A DNA stretch of 39,727 bases from an uncultured Bacilli bacterium. Lineage in GTDB: Bacteria; Bacillota_I; Bacilli_A; RF39; UBA660. The notes below the pieces were generated by a model. The model ran no database searches. It was given only the letters and a program-made list of their open reading frames with translations, and was not told where the DNA came from. The position numbers were made by a program, and so were the translations under genes. The stretch covers positions 1-39,727 of the forward strand of contig CANROY010000004.1 of the NCBI GenBank assembly GCA_947632355.1, written 5' to 3'. Shown piece by piece: positions 1 through 7,882 of the stretch. How positions within the stretch are numbered: the first letter of the stretch is position 1; each line of letters begins with the position of its first letter.

Positions 1-288
1 TTTAAATTTTACTTAATAATTATATTAAATAACCAATTTTAAAAGATATAAAATAAAGGTAAAAGTATTTAAATAAATTTAGAAGTGCGTGAATACTAAC
101 CGCCCCCAAATTATAAAAGATAAAAATTGTAGTAGCGCCACCCTTTCTCGGTAACGGTGAGTTATTATATACATTCTTTTTCTAATTTCAAGCGTTTCGA
201 CACAACTAGAAGAAACTTATCAATCTACGACAAAAATCGCAACTTTACGGCTACCTACGCATAAAAGTGTTGCGATTTCAATAAAATA

Positions 289-297
289 TGGTATAAT
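289..297 (+). promoter_or_regulatory. Extended -10 element (TGgTATAAT) ahead of rpmE
   Basis: tg at 289-290 and tataat at 292-297, about 55 nt upstream of the rpmE ATG. Sequence motif only. Confidence 0.45.
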
Positions 298-352
298 ACA
301 TTAGAAAGAAATTACTATACCTAGGAATTAGGTATGGCGAAAGGAGCGTAAT

Positions 353-571
353 ATGAAAGCAAATATTCATCCAGAAATGAAAGAAACAACAATTAAATGT
401 GCTTGTGGTGCTTCATTTAAAACAAGATCAACAAAAGAAAATATTGAAGTTGAAATTTGTAGTGAATGCCATCCTTTCTATACAGGAAAACAAGGAAACG
501 CAAAGAGAACTGGAAATATTGAAAAATTTAACCGTAAATATGGTATAAACAATGATAATAAAACTGCATAA
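353..571 (+). CDS. rpmE: 50S ribosomal protein L31 (Zn-ribbon type)
   Basis: 72 aa, MKANIHPE start, CxC...CxxC cysteines and HPFYTGKQ motif. SD aaaggag upstream. Confidence 0.95.
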   Translation: MKANIHPEMKETTIKCACGASFKTRSTKENIEVEICSECHPFYTGKQGNAKRTGNIEKFNRKYGINNDNKTA

Positions 572-634
572 TTGTAGTTTTTTTATGCTACAATTTAAAT
601 AGATAAATATTTTCTATATGAAAGGAAAGTGAAT

Positions 635-1090
635 ATGAAACTATTTATTGGTTCAGACCACAGAGGTGCAGATTTAAAAAAGGAAATTATGAAAATCCTT
701 AATGAAGATGGATTTTTGTTAGAAGATACAAAACTAGAAAATAACGAATTAGATGATTATCCAGACTTTGCTTTTGAAGTTGGAGAAAACGTTATAAAAA
801 ATGAAGATGCTTTAGGAATACTTATTTGTGGAAATGGGATTGGTATTAGTATTGCTGCCAATAAAGTAAAAGGAATACGTTGTGCAAGAGTATTAAATGA
901 AGATGATGCTTTTAAAGCTAAGAATCATAATGGAGCAAATGTGATTGCAATTGCAGGAGATTTACCACTTGATAAAGCGATGGAAATTATTAATGTTTTC
1001 ATCAGTACAAAACCTGCAAGTGAAGAAAGACATTTAAAAAGAGTAAATAAAATCATAAAATATGAAAGTGGACAATATAATGAACTATAA
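635..1090 (+). CDS. rpiB: Ribose-5-phosphate isomerase B (RpiB/LacA/LacB family)
   Basis: MKLFIGSDHRG... ICGNGIGISIAANKVKGIRCA motifs. ATG 635 sits 7 nt after aggaaag, so it is preferred over GTG 629 from the ORF track. Confidence 0.9.
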   Translation: MKLFIGSDHRGADLKKEIMKILNEDGFLLEDTKLENNELDDYPDFAFEVGENVIKNEDALGILICGNGIGISIAANKVKGIRCARVLNEDDAFKAKNHNGANVIAIAGDLPLDKAMEIINVFISTKPASEERHLKRVNKIIKYESGQYNEL

Positions 1091-1277
1091 GTTAATTATT
1101 TATTTTGTGAACATTATGTTATGTATTTTTGCATTAAGTGGTATTCATTATGAAAAGTTTATTAAAAAAAATAAAGTTTGGGAAACGAGAATACTTGTTT
1201 TAATACTAGCTTTTGTTCTTGCTTATTTATTAACAAACTTTATCTTTGATTTTTTAGAATGTAGTCAAATTGTATAA
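1062..1277 (+). CDS. Small two-TM membrane protein, YwzB/DUF1146-like by size and position
   Basis: About 65-71 aa, two hydrophobic segments, located directly upstream of spoIID as ywzB is in the B. subtilis region. Start is ambiguous (ATG 1062 or ATG 1080). Confidence 0.5.
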   Translation: MKVDNIMNYKLIIYFVNIMLCIFALSGIHYEKFIKKNKVWETRILVLILAFVLAYLLTNFIFDFLECSQIV

Positions 1278-1288
1278 AAGGAGAGACT

Positions 1289-2203
1289 ATGAAAAATAAA
1301 ATACTATTAGGTATTATCTTTATTTTAAGTATTGTGTTAATTGGAGTGGTTGGATTAAAAAAGAATAACCACTCTTTTTTAAACGATGAAGAACAAAAAA
1401 TTAAAGTAAAAACAAGAGAAGAGGAAATTAAAGAATTAAAAATTGAAGAGTACTTAGTAGGAGTTCTTGCGGGAGAAATGCCTGCATCATTTGAAATGGA
1501 AGCCTTAAAAGCCCAAGCCGTTGCTTCACGTAGTTACGCTATGTATAAGATTTTGCATAACGAGACGAATAATTTTGATGTTTTATCCGATATTACGAAT
1601 CAAGTCTATCTTACGGAAGAAGAAATGCAAGAAAAGTGGGGAAGTGAATATCCCATCTATTTAAATAAAATAAAGAATGCCATTTCTGCAACAGAGGATG
1701 AAGTCATGTACTACGATAATGAAATTATAGAGGCTTTCTATTTTTCTATGAGTAATGGAGCAACGGAGGATGCCAAAAGCGTATTTGAAGAATACTTACC
1801 TTATATAAAACCTGTTACCTCTTCTTGGGATAATGAATCGTTAAATAATTTTAAAGTTACTACAACTTTTACGAGAGAAGAATTTTGTAAACAATTAAAT
1901 TTGGAAGACTGTCAAAGTGTTACGATTGATAACATCAATTATAGTGCAAGTCATCGTATTAATTCCCTAATGGTAAACAACAAAACCTTTAAAGGAACGG
2001 AAGTTCGCCAGTTACTAAACCTTCGCTCTACGGATTTTTCGATCGAACAAAATAATGATACTATCCAAATTACAACCAAAGGCTATGGCCACGGTGTTGG
2101 TATGAGTCAGTATGGTGCAAATGGTATGGCAAAAGAAGGATATACCTATAGAGAGATATTAAACTACTACTATAACGATATCACAATTAATAAAATGGTA
2201 TAA
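1289..2203 (+). CDS. spoIID: Stage II sporulation protein D (SpoIID/LytB domain)
   Basis: N-terminal TM. SpoIID-type motifs AQAVASRSYA and YGHGVGMSQYGANGMAKEG. SD aaaggagag. Confidence 0.9.
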   Translation: MKNKILLGIIFILSIVLIGVVGLKKNNHSFLNDEEQKIKVKTREEEIKELKIEEYLVGVLAGEMPASFEMEALKAQAVASRSYAMYKILHNETNNFDVLSDITNQVYLTEEEMQEKWGSEYPIYLNKIKNAISATEDEVMYYDNEIIEAFYFSMSNGATEDAKSVFEEYLPYIKPVTSSWDNESLNNFKVTTTFTREEFCKQLNLEDCQSVTIDNINYSASHRINSLMVNNKTFKGTEVRQLLNLRSTDFSIEQNNDTIQITTKGYGHGVGMSQYGANGMAKEGYTYREILNYYYNDITINKMV

Positions 2204-2247
2204 ATTTTCATCTTTTGGTTGAAACTATCTAACAGGAAGGTGAAGAA

Positions 2248-2880
2248 ATGACCAAAAGAAGATTAAGAAAGGAAGTAAAAGTAGCACTATTTATCATTAG
2301 TATTAGTACGATACTATTATTTTCAGCAACTATTATTCGTAATTTAAAACCATCAAATGAAGAGGAGAGCGGAAAGTATGTAATGAATTCTTTATTAGAA
2401 CCCATTACACCGGTAGCAAATATTACGGAGACAACAAAATTTATAAAACCTTACACAAGTGATAAAGTAAGTATCAATCGTTATTTTTATGATAAAGATG
2501 CAACAAGTGAACAACAAGAAAAATCATTAATTTATTATGAAAATACGTATTTACAAAATAGTGGAGTTGTTTATAGCAGTGAAGAAGAATTTGATGTCGT
2601 AAGTGTTTATGATGGAACCATTTTAGATATCAAACAAGATGATATTCTAAGTACAATAGTGTATGTATCTCATAATTCTAGTCTTACAACCATCTATTAT
2701 GGACTTAAGGATGTAAATGTAAAAGTAAACGATACAATCACCCAAGGTACAGTACTTGGTAAAAGTAATACCAATAAATTTAGTCAAAGCAACAATTCCA
2801 TGCTATTTGAAGTAAATTTTGATGGAAAAGTCATCAATCCTGAAAGTTTTTATCAAATGGATATCAATGAATTAAATTAA
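2248..2880 (+). CDS. Membrane-anchored degenerate LytM (M23) domain protein, SpoIIQ-like
   Basis: N-terminal TM plus M23 fold. The metal ligands appear lost: NSGVVYSS replaces HxGxD, YYGL replaces YxHL, and MLFEV replaces HLHFE. Sits between spoIID and spoIIID. Confidence 0.65.
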   Translation: MTKRRLRKEVKVALFIISISTILLFSATIIRNLKPSNEEESGKYVMNSLLEPITPVANITETTKFIKPYTSDKVSINRYFYDKDATSEQQEKSLIYYENTYLQNSGVVYSSEEEFDVVSVYDGTILDIKQDDILSTIVYVSHNSSLTTIYYGLKDVNVKVNDTITQGTVLGKSNTNKFSQSNNSMLFEVNFDGKVINPESFYQMDINELN

Positions 2881-2927
2881 GAATAGAAAACCCCAAAAAA
2901 CAATATAGTTAGTAAGGGGTTGTTTTT

Positions 2928-3185
2928 ATGAATAAATTATTAAAGGATCGCGTGTTAGAGGAAGCAAATTACATTGTGAACACCAAAAAGACTATACGGG
3001 AAGTAGCAGACTATTTTCATTTAAGTAAGAGTACCATTCATAAAGATATACAAGAAAGGTTACCAAGAGTTTCTCCCATACTCTATCAAAGGGTGCGTTT
3101 TATATTAGAAGAACATTTATTAGAACGCCATATAAGAGGTGGAGATGCAACAAAACAAAAATATTTAAAGAAACAAGTGAGTTGA
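2928..3185 (+). CDS. spoIIID: Sporulation transcriptional regulator SpoIIID
   Basis: 85 aa. HTH TIREVADYFHLSKSTIHKDI and C-terminal RHIRGG motif typical of SpoIIID. Confidence 0.9.
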   Translation: MNKLLKDRVLEEANYIVNTKKTIREVADYFHLSKSTIHKDIQERLPRVSPILYQRVRFILEEHLLERHIRGGDATKQKYLKKQVS

Positions 3186-3189
3186 TATT

Positions 3190-3786
3190 ATGAAAAAAAT
3201 TCATTTTACTATCTATGTTTGTGATAATGAATTCTTTTTACAAAAAGAAAATGGACAAGTTATAAAGGAAAACTTTAAAAGTTTGGAATGTGAAGAGATT
3301 AAGGATAGTTCATTATTTCAAGAAGAGTTTAGTAAGTTCTTACAAAAACATTCGATTCGGATTTCTTTGTTTGGCAAAAATATTGTGTTTATCAAAAACA
3401 AAAATTTAAGTCCTTTAACCCAAGAAAAATACAAAGAAATTTTTAATGATTATTTTCGTAAAATTGAATTCATAGATTTAGAAGATATATTTCAAATCGA
3501 TAATGAAAATGGTGTTCTATTTCTAACCAAAAAATATTTGGATTATTACTATAGGAAGAAAAATAAAAAAGAGCAAATCCGTATCGATTTAAAAATATTT
3601 AATGATAGCAATACGAAAGCAATTCAACATGTAATGAACAATTTATACAAACCAAAAAATTTAATTGTGTTAGGGCCTATAGAAAATATAGCCTCCATAA
3701 CCGATGAAATTCATAAAAAATATAACGTAGAAACAACGTTTCCAGAGGCATATTTTACCTATATATTCGAAGAATGCAAAAAATAG
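3190..3786 (+). CDS. Hypothetical protein (198 aa)
   Basis: Long ORF tightly following spoIIID. No motif recognised by eye. Confidence 0.5.
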   Translation: MKKIHFTIYVCDNEFFLQKENGQVIKENFKSLECEEIKDSSLFQEEFSKFLQKHSIRISLFGKNIVFIKNKNLSPLTQEKYKEIFNDYFRKIEFIDLEDIFQIDNENGVLFLTKKYLDYYYRKKNKKEQIRIDLKIFNDSNTKAIQHVMNNLYKPKNLIVLGPIENIASITDEIHKKYNVETTFPEAYFTYIFEECKK

Positions 3787-3790
3787 CAAA

Positions 3791-3820
3791 TTTTGTGTTC
3801 TTTTTTTTAATTTTTGTGTT
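3791..3820 (+). promoter_or_regulatory. Pair of 9-bp direct repeats TTTTGTGTT-N12-TTTTGTGTT (candidate LytTR/AgrA-type box) overlapping an extended -10 (TG 3817-3818, TATAAT 3820-3825)
   Basis: Identical 9-mers at 3791-3799 and 3812-3820, 21-bp period, directly upstream of the LytTR regulator gene. The motif is T-rich, so chance occurrence is possible. Confidence 0.35.
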
Positions 3821-3857
3821 ATAATTGCAAATGGTAAACTATATAGAGGTGAAGTGT

Positions 3858-4583
3858 ATGATTAAGATAATTGTCGTTGAAGATGAAAAAGAAACACAAC
3901 TAACAATCAAGAATCTTTTAAGAAAAATGGATTTCTTAAAGGATGAAGAAATTAAAGTGGAATACTTTACAAAATATACAAATGCTTTAAAAGAGGTTAT
4001 CTTAGATAAGGAAGAACGTAAAATTTATATTTTAGATATTGAATTGGATAGTAAAGTAAGTGGCATTGATATTGCCCGTTTTATCCGTGACAATGATTGG
4101 GATAGTGAAATCATATTTATAACGAATCACGATAAAATGTTTGAGACGGCTTATCGTTCTGTCTATGAAGTTTTTGACTTTATTGAAAAATTTCATGATT
4201 TAGAACAAAAGTTAAAGAAAGACTTAAAAGCGATTTTTAAAAAGAACTTTGATAATAAAATGTTTAAGTTTGAAAGTAGAAATCTAAATTTACAAATTTT
4301 CTATCGTTCCATAACCTATTTGTATCGTGATACAGAAGAAAGAAAATTAATTATTAATACGGATAAGACAAGTTATGCAATCTATATGAATGTACAAGAT
4401 TCTTTAAAATATTTGGATAATCGTTTTCTTATGGTACATAGGGCATGTGTTGTAAATATGGATTGTGTTGAAGAATTTAATTGGTCAAAAGGATACTTTG
4501 TATTGAATACTGGCGAAAAAGTACACTTATTATCTAGAAAATATAAGAAAGAAGTTGAAGAGTATTATGCAAGAAATAGTTAG
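3858..4583 (+). CDS. LytTR-family response regulator (AgrA-like)
   Basis: Receiver domain (VVEDE, ILDIEL) plus a C-terminal LytTR-like domain. ATG 3858 follows SD gaggtga. The ORF-track start 3825 is probably too far upstream. Confidence 0.85.
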   Translation: MIKIIVVEDEKETQLTIKNLLRKMDFLKDEEIKVEYFTKYTNALKEVILDKEERKIYILDIELDSKVSGIDIARFIRDNDWDSEIIFITNHDKMFETAYRSVYEVFDFIEKFHDLEQKLKKDLKAIFKKNFDNKMFKFESRNLNLQIFYRSITYLYRDTEERKLIINTDKTSYAIYMNVQDSLKYLDNRFLMVHRACVVNMDCVEEFNWSKGYFVLNTGEKVHLLSRKYKKEVEEYYARNS

Positions 4584-5838
4584 CTGGTTTTTATACATTA
4601 TTTCAATTATTTTTACATATATTATTTATAATATTTGCTATGTAAAATTAAACAATGCTGAATTTAAATTGACTTTTTATAATCTTATGAATGTAGTAGT
4701 TACATGTTTATTAGTTCTATTAAATAATAGTTATAATAATTTATGGTTAAAATTTATTATCGTTCCAATTATTACATGTATATCTTTCAAGTTGTTATAT
4801 CATGATAATTGGAAAAAAGTAATAATTTCTTACATTTTTATATTTTTAATAACTATTGTTATAGAATTTGTACTTACAAATTTATTAAATTTCTTTGGAA
4901 TTTTAAATAGCTATATTTTAGTAATATCTATAACAATCACAAAAGCGATTTTATCTATAATAGTAGTTGTTTGTGAATGTTTGTTAATTTCCAATAAATA
5001 TATAAATAAGTTTTGTAAAAAATTAATTGACAATTTAATAACTACTATTAATATTATGAATATAATGTATTTATTATATTTTACTATTGCAATATTTAGC
5101 ATTTTAAATGTAATTAATTTTGCTACAAAAGATTCTATAAAGCTACTTTTAATTTTGTTAATATTATTTATAGTATTATTTGCATTAATAATAAGTTTAA
5201 AATCTAAAGAAAAAGTATTGATTTTATCAAATCAAAAATTAATAGAATACAATACAAAATATGGAACATTTTTAGATGAATACAAAATATACAAACATAA
5301 TATAAATCATAAATTACATGCAATGAAAGCATTTGGAAATAAGAAAATAAACTCTTTAATTGATGAATTAGTGAATGAAGAAAATAATTTTGATATAAAA
5401 AACAATAACCTGTATAATATTCCAAATGGTATTAAAGGTATAGTAGCTGAAAAACTATATAATGCCAATATCGAAGTAATTATTAATAATAATATTAAAT
5501 TTGATCCGTTTAAAACTTTATCTCCAAAATTATTTAATTCTATTTCTGAATGTTTAGGAATAGCATTAGATAATGCAGTTGAAGCTTGTAAGGAAACAAA
5601 TAATCCGATTATAACAATGGATTTATTTGAAAAGAAAGAAATTATTTATATAAAAATTGGTAATAATTTTAAAAATTCAATAGATTTAAATAAACTTGGA
5701 GAAAAATATTATTCTACTAAAAATAGAGGTAGTGGGCTTGGATTATTTTCTATAATGAGAAATAAGGCAGTTAAAGAGAAAATAAGTATTATTAATAATT
5801 TTTATTATATTGAATTGCAAGTAAAAAAAGCGCGTTAG
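4567..5838 (+). CDS. Multi-TM sensor histidine kinase, AgrC-like (GHKL ATPase)
   Basis: About 6 hydrophobic helices, then H-box region YKHNINHKLH, N-box LDNAVEA and G-box GSGLGL. Start is either ATG 4567 or TTG 4555. Confidence 0.8.
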   Translation: MQEIVSWFLYIISIIFTYIIYNICYVKLNNAEFKLTFYNLMNVVVTCLLVLLNNSYNNLWLKFIIVPIITCISFKLLYHDNWKKVIISYIFIFLITIVIEFVLTNLLNFFGILNSYILVISITITKAILSIIVVVCECLLISNKYINKFCKKLIDNLITTINIMNIMYLLYFTIAIFSILNVINFATKDSIKLLLILLILFIVLFALIISLKSKEKVLILSNQKLIEYNTKYGTFLDEYKIYKHNINHKLHAMKAFGNKKINSLIDELVNEENNFDIKNNNLYNIPNGIKGIVAEKLYNANIEVIINNNIKFDPFKTLSPKLFNSISECLGIALDNAVEACKETNNPIITMDLFEKKEIIYIKIGNNFKNSIDLNKLGEKYYSTKNRGSGLGLFSIMRNKAVKEKISIINNFYYIELQVKKAR

Positions 5839-5859
5839 TAATTAATACTGCGCGTTTTT

Positions 5860-6570
5860 GTGTAAGAAAACCCCCAGATAGTCTGGGGGTTCGGTAGAGC
5901 TTAAGCGGTGAGTTGAAAATAAAAACTCCTTCTAATATAATATTGATTGCGACCGCCAGGAAGCAACAATAATATTAGAAGGAGGACATTTAAATGAAAA
6001 ATATTCAAATAAATGATATAAAAAGTTTAGCACATACACAATGGAATTGTAAATACCATATAGTATTTGCACCAAAGTATAGGCGCAAAGTGTTTTATGA
6101 AAGTAAAAGATTAGAAATAGGACAAATATTGAGACAGCTATGTGAATGGAAAGGAATAACAATAATAGAAGCAGAAGTATGCCCAGACCATATACATATG
6201 TTGGTGGAGATACCGCCAAAATATAGTGTATCAAGCGTAATGGGATTTTTGAAAGGGAAAAGTAGTTTGATGATCTATCAAAAATGGGCAAATATGCGCT
6301 ATCAATATAGAAATAGAGAATTCTGGTGTAGAGGGTACTATGTGGATACAGTAGGAAAAAATACAAAGAAAATAAAAGAATACATACAAAATCAATTAAA
6401 AGAAGATCAATTAAGCCATCAAATGACGATGGAAGAATTTGACCCTTTTCTAAAAGGGTAGCAAGTAAAAGATGCGACTGGCGGTCAAAGAAAGGCCACT
6501 TTAGTGGAGGCCAATAGTAAAGCCTTTTAGGCGCAAATGAAAAACCACCAGCTATGCTGGTGGATATTTA
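5860..6570 (+). mobile_element. IS200-group (IS200/IS605 family) insertion sequence, about 0.7 kb
   Basis: Single Y1 transposase gene. Left-end GC hairpin cccccag/ctggggg (5871-5889). A 13-bp hairpin (5926-5938 with 5972-5984) buries the tnpA SD aaggagg. Right-end hairpin ccaccagc/gctggtgg (6545-6563). A 9-bp inverted match, gaccgccag (5951-5959) with ctggcggtc (6478-6486), links the two ends. Boundaries are approximate. Confidence 0.75.
5994..6461 (+). CDS. tnpA: IS200/IS605 family transposase TnpA (HUH/Y1)
   Basis: 155 aa. Has YHIVFAPKYRR, the HUH motif DHIHMLVEIPPKYSVS, and GYYV near the C-terminus. Confidence 0.92.
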   Translation: MKNIQINDIKSLAHTQWNCKYHIVFAPKYRRKVFYESKRLEIGQILRQLCEWKGITIIEAEVCPDHIHMLVEIPPKYSVSSVMGFLKGKSSLMIYQKWANMRYQYRNREFWCRGYYVDTVGKNTKKIKEYIQNQLKEDQLSHQMTMEEFDPFLKG

Positions 6571-6578
6571 TTTAAAAA

Positions 6579-6698
6579 TTATAATAATTCTTCAGGACAG
6601 TCTGATTCATCCCAAGCTCCCCACCAAGTAAATGTTGAAACTCCGTTGTTAACAACACCAGCTAAAGCAGATAATACACTTGCTAAAATACTAGCCAT
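6579..6698 (-). CDS. AgrD-like autoinducing-peptide precursor (39 aa), not in the supplied ORF track
   Basis: Translation is MASILASVLSALAGVVNNGVSTFTWWGAWDESDCPEELL. SD aaggaggg lies 7 nt upstream. The ORF starts 56 nt downstream of agrB on the same strand. It has an amphipathic N-terminus and an acidic tail DESDCPEEL that aligns with S. aureus AgrD DEVEVPKEL. Confidence 0.7.
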   Translation of the reverse strand: MASILASVLSALAGVVNNGVSTFTWWGAWDESDCPEELL

Positions 6699-6754
6699 TC
6701 TTCTTCCCTCCTTTCTTTGTTTAAAACTATTAAATAAAATAATTTAAACCACAA

Positions 6755-7351
6755 TTATTTTTTATAATGCAAATAGTTTTTGCATGGAATATGAAATAAT
6801 TTATAAGTAATTGGACAAATACAAATTGATTCTATAAGTAATGTAAAGAACACAATTTCAGAATAATTGCTATTTTTAAAATAGAAGCAACTAATTAAAT
6901 AAATACTTGCTAATGATAGAGTAATTATTTTGTTAGTTTCTCTTTTTTTCTTATTTAATAATGGTCGTGAAGGTGTATCAGCAGGTGCCCATAAGATAAA
7001 GGCGAGTATACTGATTCCAAAAAATATATATAGAATTGTATTTGGTATAGTTACATATTTAATACATAGTGGAACAATAACATAAACACTTAAGGTAACA
7101 ATCCAACAATAACTATTTTTTGTAGCATGTATGCCGAATGCAAATCCTCTTAAAATGGAGTATAAGAGTATCATGGTAAGAGTTATGGGAAATGTTTTTA
7201 AAAATATAGATAAAATAAGAACAACACTTGTTTTTGTTATTAAAGAATATAAAGATTCTAAGGTGTAACGAAAAATGTTTTTTTGCTTTTCAGTACAAGC
7301 ATTATTTCTTATTAAATACTCTAATGAATGAGTTACAAACGCATTTTTCAT
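6755..7351 (-). CDS. agrB: Accessory gene regulator B (AgrB) membrane peptidase
   Basis: 198 aa polytopic protein. GIHATKNSYC reproduces the catalytic His...Cys pair with the same 7-residue spacing as S. aureus AgrB H77/C84. Also has APADTPSRP followed by a KKKR basic loop. Confidence 0.85.
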   Translation of the reverse strand: MKNAFVTHSLEYLIRNNACTEKQKNIFRYTLESLYSLITKTSVVLILSIFLKTFPITLTMILLYSILRGFAFGIHATKNSYCWIVTLSVYVIVPLCIKYVTIPNTILYIFFGISILAFILWAPADTPSRPLLNKKKRETNKIITLSLASIYLISCFYFKNSNYSEIVFFTLLIESICICPITYKLFHIPCKNYLHYKK

Positions 7352-7475
7352 ACTACCACCAACGATTCTATAATAGCATTTTTTTAGTTATAAAAACTGT
7401 AATTAAGAACTAATTAAAATCTTTTTTGTCTAAAATAATAATTTAAAGATAAGAAAGAAATTGAAGGTTTAGAAT

Positions 7476-7505
7476 AAAACAAAAATGATAAGATTTTAGA
7501 CAAAA
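7476..7505 (-). promoter_or_regulatory. 9-N12-9 direct repeats TTTTGTCTA-N12-TTTTGTTTT (minus-strand reading) upstream of agrB. Candidate LytTR box.
   Basis: 9-mers at 7505-7497 and 7484-7476, 21-bp period, about 125 nt upstream of the agrB ATG. Same architecture as, and 7/9 and 8/9 identity to, the repeats at 3791-3820. Confidence 0.4.
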
Positions 7506-7618
7506 AGACTTGCGTGCGAACTTTGTCGATTGTATTTTATTGTTTGCGTGCCTATTTAGTGGTATGGTTAAGTTGTAAGCAGTAAGAAGTAAATTTAAGA
7601 AGAAAAGAGGTGGCAGTG

Positions 7619-7831
7619 ATGCGTGGTAAAGTAAAGTGGTTCAATAACGAAAAAGGCTATGGCTTTATTGAATGTAATGACTTAGAAGATATCTTTGTTC
7701 ATTATTCAGCAATTGCAAAAGAAGGCTACAAAACTCTTAAAGAAGGCGATATTGTTGATTTTAAACTAATTGAAACTTCTAAAGGTTTACAAGCAGTGGA
7801 TGTTGTATCCACAGAATTAACTACTGTTTAG
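7619..7831 (+). CDS. Cold-shock protein (CspA family)
   Basis: MRGKVKWFNNEKGYGFIE with RNP1/RNP2 motifs. ATG 7619 follows SD aagaggtgg. Long 5' leader. Confidence 0.93.
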   Translation: MRGKVKWFNNEKGYGFIECNDLEDIFVHYSAIAKEGYKTLKEGDIVDFKLIETSKGLQAVDVVSTELTTV

Positions 7832-7882
7832 TAGTTTTTTTTATCTTGTTGTGATATAATTTCTATAAGGAAGGTGATTCAT

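Noticed and set aside
100-300. Read as a T-box leader (gggtggcgc resembling the T-box GGGTGGTACCGCG) or as a tmRNA tag reading frame (...DKNRNFTATYA*)
   Set aside because: I could not find the other required elements: Stem I AGAGA/GNUGGNA boxes and a terminator/antiterminator pair for a T-box, or a tRNA-like acceptor/T-arm and GGGG 5' end for tmRNA. The resemblance is limited to a few nucleotides.
5932-6366. 144-aa minus-strand ORF
   Set aside because: It lies entirely antisense to the unmistakable IS200 tnpA. It has low-complexity Leu/Ile/Phe-rich composition and no SD.
7228-7413. 61-aa + strand ORF overlapping the 5' end of agrB
   Set aside because: Antisense to agrB, with no SD and AT-rich codon noise.
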